DNA from: an uncultured Candidatus Saccharibacteria bacterium
Lineage (GTDB): Bacteria > Patescibacteriota > Minisyncoccia > Ryanbacterales > GWA2-47-10b
Direction: 5' to 3'
DNA length: 64,000 nucleotides
NCBI GenBank assembly: GCA_964356915.1
Contig: CAYHJF010000001.1
Location: 215,011 to 279,010, forward strand
Positions 56,909 through 64,000 of the stretch are shown one piece after another. Made by a program: the position numbers and the translations under genes. Each line of letters opens with the position of its first letter. Within the stretch, counting starts at the first letter, position 1. The notes under the pieces are model-generated. The model made no database searches. It saw only the letters and a program-made list of their open reading frames with translations, and was not told the DNA's origin.

Positions 56909-57532
56909 ATGATACAAGTGGTTGGTTGTATGTTCGGAATGACAGCGCTTTTATTGGCGCTTGGAGTTCCACTATCCCCGCTAGAAGATGATTCCTGTAA
57001 GACTGAGGAAATTACCTCAGTGCCCCGTAGTGTCTACAGAGACCATCTCCTGGCAATATCAACTGTGCACCCAGATCTGCATACGGGCGATCTGGTTTGT
57101 AAAGTTCAATCTCATAGCGATCAGGATAGTAATCAGCCTCTTATATATGTTCATTCGGGTCAGGTAAAGCCTGCCAAGCCTCCTACAAAACCAAAGCCTT
57201 CACCGGTAGATACCGATGACGAGCCTGTGCATACCGCATTGGTAACCGTCACTGCGTATTCGTCGCGCGTTGGGGAAACTGATAGTACTCCATTTGTAAC
57301 CGCTTCGGGGAAGCGTGTTCGCTGGGGTATTGTCGCATCCAATGCATTTGAGTTTGGGACAAAGGTCAAATTTCCCGATCTTTTTGGGCAGCAGGTTTTC
57401 GTGGTCCAAGATCGCATGAATAAACGACACGGATCTAATCGGATGGATATTTGGTTTTCTAGCACGAGAGGTGCTCAAGAATTTGGTGCGCGCACAACGC
57501 GTGCTGAAATTATCGGACACCCCGATGTATAA
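56909..57532 (+). CDS. 3D-domain (lytic transglycosylase-like) secreted protein
   Basis: VTAYSS, TASG, VASN, FGTKV, VQDRM, MDIWF; TTGACG-17-TAGTCT promoter and AAAGGAGG SD. Confidence 0.85.
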   Translation: MIQVVGCMFGMTALLLALGVPLSPLEDDSCKTEEITSVPRSVYRDHLLAISTVHPDLHTGDLVCKVQSHSDQDSNQPLIYVHSGQVKPAKPPTKPKPSPVDTDDEPVHTALVTVTAYSSRVGETDSTPFVTASGKRVRWGIVASNAFEFGTKVKFPDLFGQQVFVVQDRMNKRHGSNRMDIWFSSTRGAQEFGARTTRAEIIGHPDV

Positions 57533-57565
57533 GGGAGTACTGTGGTTTACCGCGGTCTCCCTTTT

Positions 57566-58252
57566 TTATGTGTCTTTCGCCGAGGGACACAATGCGTAGA
57601 GCGGACATGACTCGCATAGTGGTTGAGGTGCTTTGCAAAGAGCTCTTCCGTGCTCGATTATGTAATAGGTGAGGCGAAGCCACTCTTTTTTTGAGAAGAG
57701 AAGCATGAGTTCTTGCTCTATTTTTTCTGGTTTATCGGTTTCTACAAGGCCGAGGCGCTGGGAGATGCGTCCCACATGTGTATCTACTGCAATCCCATCA
57801 ACAACTCCATGAGCATTTCCGAGAACGACATTGGCGGTTTTCCGTGCAACGCCGTGCAGGAGGAGCATTTCCGGCATCGTACGGGGAACCTGACCTTTAA
57901 AGTCACGTTCAATAATACGCGCCGTTTCAATAATATGTCGAGCTTTTGCCCGGTAAAAGCCCGTCTGATAGATGAGTTTTTCAAGTTCTCTTTGAGATGC
58001 TTGAGCAAAGTCACGGGGCGTTTTAAGTTTCATAAAGAGCTTTGATGTAACTTCATTTACTTTTTTATCAGTACATTGAGCTGAGAGGATGACAGCTACA
58101 AGTAGCTGAAAGTCGGTCTTAAATATAAGGGCTATAGCGGCTTTTGGGTATGTTTTTTTGAGGCGACTTAAGATCTTTTGGGCGCGTTCTTTTTTTGCTT
58201 TTTGAGACTCCCGTGTAATCCACGGTTTGGTATATTTGCGGAAGCGGTCCAT
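57566..58252 (-). CDS. nth: Endonuclease III
   Basis: LSAQCTDKKVN, GVARKTANVV, VDTHV, C-x6-C-x2-C-x5-C Fe-S motif. Confidence 0.96.
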   Translation of the reverse strand: MDRFRKYTKPWITRESQKAKKERAQKILSRLKKTYPKAAIALIFKTDFQLLVAVILSAQCTDKKVNEVTSKLFMKLKTPRDFAQASQRELEKLIYQTGFYRAKARHIIETARIIERDFKGQVPRTMPEMLLLHGVARKTANVVLGNAHGVVDGIAVDTHVGRISQRLGLVETDKPEKIEQELMLLFSKKEWLRLTYYIIEHGRALCKAPQPLCESCPLYALCPSAKDT

Positions 58253-58271
58253 ATGGGTATACTCATACTAT

Positions 58272-58505
58272 ATGAAGAATGTAGCAATCTATACAACGCC
58301 CGTGTGCGTATACTGTCAAAAGACTAAAGATTTTTTCAAAAAACATAATATCCAATATACCGAATACAATGTTATCACCGATGAAAAGCGTCGTGATGAA
58401 ATGATTAGTCGTTCTGGTCAGATGGGCGTTCCAGTCATTGATATTGATGGAAAGCTCGTGCTTGGTTACGACGAACGAAGGCTTCGCGAGCTTTTAGAGG
58501 TCTAA
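58272..58505 (+). CDS. Glutaredoxin-like (NrdH/YruB) protein
   Basis: YTTPVCVYC, SGQMGVPVI. Confidence 0.92.
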   Translation: MKNVAIYTTPVCVYCQKTKDFFKKHNIQYTEYNVITDEKRRDEMISRSGQMGVPVIDIDGKLVLGYDERRLRELLEV

Positions 58506-58509
58506 TGAT

Positions 58510-59196
58510 ATGAAGCGTGGCGGCCAATATATCAAAGATATGGTGTATGGCGCCAACGACGGTATTATTACCACGTTTGCGGTCATCGCTGGAGCGGCAG
58601 GGGCATCGCTCGATGTATTTGCTGCCACAACTCTTGCTGTTGCCAATCTTTTGGCTGACGGTTTTTCGATGGCCGCGTCAGACTATTTAGGATCAAAATC
58701 AGAGGAGGATGTCACAGAAAGTGAATTTAAAGAAGAGGTAGTAGAAATTGATACAAAGCCTGACGTTGAACGGGGAGAGATGGTAGTGCTACTCAAGGAA
58801 CAGGGGTATGAAGATATTGACGCACAAGCGCTTACTGCGTTGATGTTTAAGAATAAGCATTTTTTTACTGATCTTATGATGCATGAGGAGCATAATTTAT
58901 CACTCCATGGTTCTGAGTCAGCGTCTCATTCTGCGCTCGTTACATTTTTTTCTTTTGTCTTTGCCGGCGCTATTCCACTAATCCCGCTTCTTTGGGTGCG
59001 GGATATTAAAATAGTATTTTATTATTCTATTGTGATGACAACCGCGACACTTTTTTGTGTCGGCGCGTTGCGTTCTATTGTTACGCGTCGAGGGCTTGTA
59101 TATTCTGGCCTTCAGATGCTTTTTGTAGGGGGAGTCGCGGCACTTCTTGCATATGGGATCGGTGCGTTATTGCGTGGGGTTATTGGCATAGTATAA
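58510..59196 (+). CDS. VIT1/CCC1 family metal transporter
   Basis: VYGANDGIITTFAV, ADGFSMAASDYL, GAIPLIP. Confidence 0.93.
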   Translation: MKRGGQYIKDMVYGANDGIITTFAVIAGAAGASLDVFAATTLAVANLLADGFSMAASDYLGSKSEEDVTESEFKEEVVEIDTKPDVERGEMVVLLKEQGYEDIDAQALTALMFKNKHFFTDLMMHEEHNLSLHGSESASHSALVTFFSFVFAGAIPLIPLLWVRDIKIVFYYSIVMTTATLFCVGALRSIVTRRGLVYSGLQMLFVGGVAALLAYGIGALLRGVIGIV

Positions 59197-59207
59197 AAAA
59201 TAAGCGG

Positions 59208-60230
59208 TTAGTTTTTTACTTTCCATTCTTTGAGTTCTATCGCAATGGAATGTTTCTCTTGGTCACGAAGGATGACGAGCATTATTTTTTCTCCGGGGGT
59301 TATCGTTTCGAGAATATCTTCCATAGTTTCTTTCTCGGTAATGGTACGTCCATTGCAAGAGAGGACGATATCTCCTTCGTGGATACCCGCGAGCGCTGCA
59401 GCGCTACCGGGAACGACCGCATGATCATCTGGCATTTGCTCGCGTACTACCAGAGCTCCATAATCAACGGGCAAGCGAAAGCGCGCCCCAAGTTCTTTAT
59501 TGAGAATGATATATCGTATGCCGAGGAATGGTCTGCGAATTCGTCCAAAGCGTTTAATGTCATGTAAATCTCGGCGAGCTTTTTCAATAGGGATTGCGAA
59601 GCCAATATTCTGTGCTCCAAAGATAACGGCTGAATTGATACCGATGACCTCGCCCGAAAGATTTACAAGTGGCCCGCCGGAATTACCTGGATTGATTGCC
59701 GCATCCGTTTGAATAAGTCCACGAAGTCTTTCTTGGGTTCCTGATATGTCATTAATTGCGGTGATGAGTCGTGAGAGTCCTGAGACAACTCCTGTTGAAA
59801 CGGAGCTTTCAAATTCACCAAGTGCATTTCCGATGGCGATAACAGTTTGGCCAAGTTTGAGTTCCTGAGAGTTACCAAGTTTTGCGACAGAGAATTTTTT
59901 TGGAGGAGTGATTTTGAGAATCGCAACATCGTGGATAGGATCTTGGGCGAGAATACGCACTTCACTCGGGATGCCATTTTGGTCAAAGGCAACATAGTGT
60001 GCGTCAGGATCGGTGATGACATGTCTGTTTGTTAGTACGAGTCCTTCTTCCGAAACAATAAATCCAGACCCGCCACCAAGGCGTACTTCTTCTGTTGACG
60101 TGTTTGGTGGGCGGATATCACGAAAGGGGAGTTCTGGTTCAAAGACGTTTGCAGCTTTTGTAATTGTGATCGATACGACTGAGGGCAAGATACGTTCGAC
60201 GGCCTCTACAATCTTTTCTTCATGTGGCAT
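59208..60230 (-). CDS. HtrA/DegP-like trypsin serine protease with PDZ
   Basis: GSGF, LTNRHV, QTDAAINPGNSGGPL, PDZ. Confidence 0.94.
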   Translation of the reverse strand: MPHEEKIVEAVERILPSVVSITITKAANVFEPELPFRDIRPPNTSTEEVRLGGGSGFIVSEEGLVLTNRHVITDPDAHYVAFDQNGIPSEVRILAQDPIHDVAILKITPPKKFSVAKLGNSQELKLGQTVIAIGNALGEFESSVSTGVVSGLSRLITAINDISGTQERLRGLIQTDAAINPGNSGGPLVNLSGEVIGINSAVIFGAQNIGFAIPIEKARRDLHDIKRFGRIRRPFLGIRYIILNKELGARFRLPVDYGALVVREQMPDDHAVVPGSAAALAGIHEGDIVLSCNGRTITEKETMEDILETITPGEKIMLVILRDQEKHSIAIELKEWKVKN

Positions 60231-60294
60231 GAATGTAGTATAGCAAACTGCCGTGGCGTGAGCGTGCAAATAATGATTTAATAGCTGTGTATTT

Positions 60295-60366
60295 CCCCTC
60301 GTAGCTCAATGGATAGAGCAGCTCCGTCCTAAGGAGACGATGGAGGTTCGATTCCTTCCGAGGGGA
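60295..60366 (+). tRNA. tRNA-Arg(CCT)
   Basis: CCCCTCG/CGAGGGG acceptor; loop GTCCTAA. Confidence 0.93.
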
Positions 60367-60380
60367 CAGTTAAGGCTCGT

Positions 60381-61832
60381 ATGCATCTATCAAATACAGT
60401 AAGAGTTGGTATCTCTATCGCCGTGGGGGCGCTTTTTTTCTTTATTCTTAGCGCAACCATGGATCTTGACAATTGGTGGTATTTGAGTGGCGGACGTTTA
60501 ATAAGTGAACAGCATGACGTACCGCGTCTTGATAATGCGAGTTTTGTAGTACAAAACTTTCCAATTATTGACCACGAGTGGCTACCGAATTGGTTACTTT
60601 GGCTTGCGTGGTCAAATGATCTTTGGGTGCTTGCTGTTTTAGTGGCGACGGCATGCGCTAGTATTCCCTTTATTGTTTGGATATTTCGAGCTCGATCGTG
60701 GGTTGATATATGGATTATTGTGTGCGCAGTCGCGAGTATGATTTTTTTTGTGAGTATGCGTAATTATCTTATTTCATTCGCGCTTTTTTTTGTTGTGAGT
60801 GAGATACTGCGAATGAGATACGAGGTTGGTGCTGTGTCAAAGTATTTTTTATTTATGCCTATAATATTTTTTCTTTGGGCAAATACCCACGGAGGATTCG
60901 TAATTGGGCTCGTGTTGTGGGTGGTTTATGTGGGCACGTATTATGGTCTTGAGCGCCAAAGAGATTATGCGTGGCAAGATTTTTTGATTTTCTTTATTAG
61001 CGTTGCGCTTACGTTTGTAAATCCCTACGGGTGGAGATTGTACGAAGAAGTTATCGGTGCCAATGTGTCGAGAGCGGTTCTTGGGTATATTAAAGAATGG
61101 CGTCCGGGGTTTGAGATTGTTAGTTTTTTTGGTGCATTTTTTGTCGGGCTTGTTATGTCAGTGTGCGTGTTGTGGCGAAAACGGGTGCGGCCGATTATTA
61201 TAGCTCCCGTTGTTTTATTTTTTATTTTTTTCATGAAACTCGCACGGATGGGACCGTTTTTTTATCTCATATCAATACCGCTTTTATTTTCTGTTTCTGA
61301 AGATATCCGGCCGCATATTTCTCGCAAAATACTTTCCATTTTATTTTTTGGAGTATTTGTCTACATTACATTTTTTATCGTGACGCTCGAACGGCCTCCA
61401 CTACCATCTGCACAAGCCGTTGAGTCATTAAGAAATACTGACCGTGGTAACACGTGGAATGATTTTGAGTGGGGAAGTGTTTTACGGTTTTATATACCAG
61501 AAAAGAAAATATTTATTGATAGCAGGATGGGACGATGGGCTGATGCTCGAGGGGTGTCGGTACTGCAGACATATGCAGATGTCCTGACCGTTCCTCAGTA
61601 TTGGAAAAAAGTTTTCTATGATTACAATATAGATACAGTTTTTTTAGCGCGACGAATAGATGATGGAGGTAAGAATTTTGTAGAGCGATGGTTTGCTTTT
61701 GCAGAGTACAGTCCAGATGTTGATCTTGAGCGCGAATTAATACGAGATGATTGGGAGGTAGTCTATCAGGATAGTACGGCCATAGTGTTGCAGTATCGCG
61801 GAAAGGGTATCTGTGAGGAGTACGGGAGGTAA
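60381..61832 (+). CDS. Multi-TM protein, probable GT-C type glycosyltransferase
   Basis: DLDNWWYLSGG, HEWL, LWANTHGGF, NPYG, IKEW, FIDSR; 10 or more TM segments. Confidence 0.7.
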   Translation: MHLSNTVRVGISIAVGALFFFILSATMDLDNWWYLSGGRLISEQHDVPRLDNASFVVQNFPIIDHEWLPNWLLWLAWSNDLWVLAVLVATACASIPFIVWIFRARSWVDIWIIVCAVASMIFFVSMRNYLISFALFFVVSEILRMRYEVGAVSKYFLFMPIIFFLWANTHGGFVIGLVLWVVYVGTYYGLERQRDYAWQDFLIFFISVALTFVNPYGWRLYEEVIGANVSRAVLGYIKEWRPGFEIVSFFGAFFVGLVMSVCVLWRKRVRPIIIAPVVLFFIFFMKLARMGPFFYLISIPLLFSVSEDIRPHISRKILSILFFGVFVYITFFIVTLERPPLPSAQAVESLRNTDRGNTWNDFEWGSVLRFYIPEKKIFIDSRMGRWADARGVSVLQTYADVLTVPQYWKKVFYDYNIDTVFLARRIDDGGKNFVERWFAFAEYSPDVDLERELIRDDWEVVYQDSTAIVLQYRGKGICEEYGR

Positions 61833-61843
61833 TATGATTGTTT

Positions 61844-63466
61844 TCAGGCTTTAAGTTTGGTACCGTGTATTTTTAAGGGCCCATAGTTCAGTGGTAGAAT
61901 GCATCCATGGCATGGATGAGGTCGGAGTTCGATTCTCCGTGGGTCCACAGTAGTTGATTTATTGGCAACAAATTGCCGATTCATCTCGTAAATACAACCT
62001 AGTTTTGCGGTCTGATAACCTTCGTCTCGGATGTATGGAATACCTGCAGGAAAAACAAGCCTTTGGAACCCAACTTTTAATTCAGGTGCCAACTCTTTCC
62101 AGAAACGTGGAAGATTTTCGATTTGTGCAACAGCGTAATTGGTAAGAGCTTCGACGTCATACTGCTCGATTCTACATTCGCTCATTGAGATTTTCACTAC
62201 GGCAATTTTGTTTTCTACTTCTTCTTTACGCTCCTTAAATTCTTCTGGCGTATAGCTGTCATCTTCACGCATTTCATAAACACGCTTGCGTTTCTTTTCG
62301 AGTGCATCAAGCTGCGCTTTGTACTGATCGGCTTTGAATTCGTACATACCTGCCTGTGCCTTCCATTCGGCAATTACACTTGCTTTGAAAAGTTTGAGAA
62401 ACTTTTCTTTTGGTGTTATTGATCCGAGGTGGGCTGCAAATTTCTTTGTCATTGTATCTGCCGAGATCATTTTTGAGCGCATGGGGCACCCTTTTGTTTG
62501 GCAGTGGTAGTAGGGATAAGTGCCGCCATTGCCTTTTGAGCAACTGGCCGTGAGTGGTCGCGTGCAAGTGTTGCAAAGTACCGTACGGCGAAGCGGAAAT
62601 AGAGGGTTAAATTTATTACGGACAGGGAGTATTTTTTTACCCAAACGAATTTGTTGAATACGGTACATTTCTTCCTGTGTAATCATTGGTATATGCTTGC
62701 CCACTATATACTGATCACTGCCCTCTGCATTCGGCCAGGGGTTTACAAGTAGGCCAGCGTAAAAATGGAGCTGTCTGCCAAGGATTTTATCCATTGTTTG
62801 CAAACTCACATTCTTCATACCAAGCAAGGTGTGTAAGCCGTCCTTCTCAAGCATCCGGGCTATTTCTGCTTGGCTATACGTGCCTTTTGCGTATTCTTTT
62901 AGAGCTTTTTGGATAATAGAAAATGAGCGATTGTCAGGCTTATCGGGCTCTGTTTTTTTGAGGCCATGCTTCTTGTTTTGGGCACACTTATATCCCATCG
63001 GAGGTTTCCACGGCCAGATACCTTGTTTGAGTTTTGCTGCCATACCACCCATACATCTTTGGCGACGAATAGAATTATCGAATTCAGCAAAACCAGCAAG
63101 AATGGTCTCGAAAAGTTTTTGAGACGGGTCATTGCCAATCGGTTCGGTAACGGAATGCAACGTAACATTGTAATTACTCAAAGTCTTGCGAACGTAAAAA
63201 TGATCCTCTGCATTTCTGGCGAAGCGGTCACATTTGTACACCACAAACGCATCTATCCTTCCTTGATTTTTTCGGCAAAACTCAATTGCATTCAAAAACT
63301 CCTCGCGGTTATCGGTTTTTGCTGATGCACCTTCTTCGCGGAATTCTTTTAAAATTTCAATGCCACGTTCCGCGCAATAGCGACGGCACGCTTCATCCTG
63401 CGTATCGAGTGATGTTCCTTGTACCTGTTCCTCGCTCGATACTCTTGTATAAATAATTCCTTTCAT
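61844..63466 (-). CDS. Large serine recombinase (resolvase + recombinase + Zn ribbon + coiled coil)
   Basis: YTRVSSEEQ (catalytic Ser), DRFARN, LCNTC...YYHCQTKGC; C-terminus is the antisense translation of tRNA-Ala. Confidence 0.93.
   Translation of the reverse strand: MKGIIYTRVSSEEQVQGTSLDTQDEACRRYCAERGIEILKEFREEGASAKTDNREEFLNAIEFCRKNQGRIDAFVVYKCDRFARNAEDHFYVRKTLSNYNVTLHSVTEPIGNDPSQKLFETILAGFAEFDNSIRRQRCMGGMAAKLKQGIWPWKPPMGYKCAQNKKHGLKKTEPDKPDNRSFSIIQKALKEYAKGTYSQAEIARMLEKDGLHTLLGMKNVSLQTMDKILGRQLHFYAGLLVNPWPNAEGSDQYIVGKHIPMITQEEMYRIQQIRLGKKILPVRNKFNPLFPLRRTVLCNTCTRPLTASCSKGNGGTYPYYHCQTKGCPMRSKMISADTMTKKFAAHLGSITPKEKFLKLFKASVIAEWKAQAGMYEFKADQYKAQLDALEKKRKRVYEMREDDSYTPEEFKERKEEVENKIAVVKISMSECRIEQYDVEALTNYAVAQIENLPRFWKELAPELKVGFQRLVFPAGIPYIRDEGYQTAKLGCIYEMNRQFVANKSTTVDPRRIELRPHPCHGCILPLNYGPLKIHGTKLKA
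61877..61947 (+). tRNA. tRNA-Ala(GGC), probable integration site
   Basis: G3-U70 acceptor GGGCCCA/TGGGTCC; CATCC-ATGGCAT-GGATG. Confidence 0.95.
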
Positions 63467-63488
63467 AAAACTTAAAGGGACGGTCGTG

Positions 63489-63595
63489 GTTGATCCAAAT
63501 CCACTTTCCCGAAGGATTGCTTCATCGGCACGGCCGCCCCTTTAGGCAGACGAAGCAATAAAAAAACCTTCGGATATTTATAGATCTGGATCAAC
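63489..63595 (-). ncRNA. Structured 5' leader of the recombinase (unassigned)
   Basis: Three nested stems: 63489-63501/63583-63595, 63509-63515/63567-63573, 63516-63526/63549-63559; both non-canonical pairs are G-U on the - strand. Confidence 0.6.
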
Positions 63596-63620
63596 GCTAT
63601 AAATATAACATTTTTGATAA

Positions 63621-64000
63621 TCATATAGAAGTGGATTGTGGATTTCTTAAAGCCTGTTCTTTTCTCAACCGCTCAAGCGTTTTATTCATAACCTTTTGGA
63701 GTTCTATCTGTTGGTGGGCAAGGTATCGGGCATCTTCTTGCGCCAGATCAATGCGCTTGATATTATGTATGCGTTTTCGAGAGTTTCCATCCCAAACGTC
63801 GCTTTCCAAGCGCTCTTCTTCTGTAATGGCGTTTTGGCGGTTCAGGAGGTGCTTTTCAACGATGGTAGCTCTGCGCAATCTCCACCCACATACAATAAGT
63901 TTTTCAGCGAGTAAATCTTGAACTTTTGTTTGAGGATATAGTTCCTTAAGCATGTCTGTGCGAAAAATCTCGAATTCCCGAGTGTTTTCTCCTGAAATTA
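63621..64000 (-). CDS. Hypothetical protein of the integrated element (5' end off window)
   Basis: Frame open to the window end (ISGENTREFEIFRTDMLKELYPQ...WRLRRA...). Confidence 0.65.
   Translation of the reverse strand, partial: ISGENTREFEIFRTDMLKELYPQTKVQDLLAEKLIVCGWRLRRATIVEKHLLNRQNAITEEERLESDVWDGNSRKRIHNIKRIDLAQEDARYLAHQQIELQKVMNKTLERLRKEQALRNPQSTSI

Larger units (their letters stand above)
61940..64000 (-). mobile_element. Left end of an integrative element/genomic island at tRNA-Ala (continues past the window)
   Basis: Serine integrase abutting and overlapping the tRNA 3' end, followed by a non-housekeeping ORF; second att site not in window. Confidence 0.7.

Noticed and set aside
1-64000. 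Alternative genetic code (TGA=Gly, as in Gracilibacteria/Absconditabacteria)
   Set aside because: Conserved genes are full length under code 11, and dnaN, ruvA, uppS and tsaE end at TGA in the expected places

Overview
A 64-kb chromosomal segment that looks like a Patescibacteria (CPR, most likely Parcubacteria) genome. This is inferred from gene content and style: a shortened YebC and ValS, a membrane-anchored Clp ATPase, PilB and many small orphans. TGA is used as a stop codon (code 11). The window starts in the 3' end of dnaN. It carries housekeeping and repair genes (PBP1A, ruvC/ruvB/ruvA, polA, holA, uvrB, nth, murE, uppS, valS, tsaD/tsaE, rpsT, rplS), nine tRNA genes, an ABC/RND exporter and two large secreted repeat proteins. 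It ends in an element with a large serine recombinase whose ORF runs antisense through tRNA-Ala. I saw no rRNA, CRISPR array or recognisable transposase. Five signals are not explained by the ORF track. (1) There are two expression regimes: many core genes look leaderless, with a -10 box 6-9 nt before the start codon and no SD. About ten stand-alone orphan or diverged genes instead have a -35/-10 promoter and/or a canonical SD, usually with a terminator. (2) A ~240-nt rod-like ncRNA candidate with a near-consensus sigma70 promoter lies between ruvB and pilB. (3) An ECF sigma island contains five copies of a TGT(A/C)A(T/C)-N16-CG(G/T)C promoter motif. (4) A nested structured leader precedes the recombinase. 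(5) A direct-plus-inverted repeat of the tRNA-Phe 3' end follows that tRNA. All protein assignments come from reading motifs by eye; no database searches or folding programs were run.
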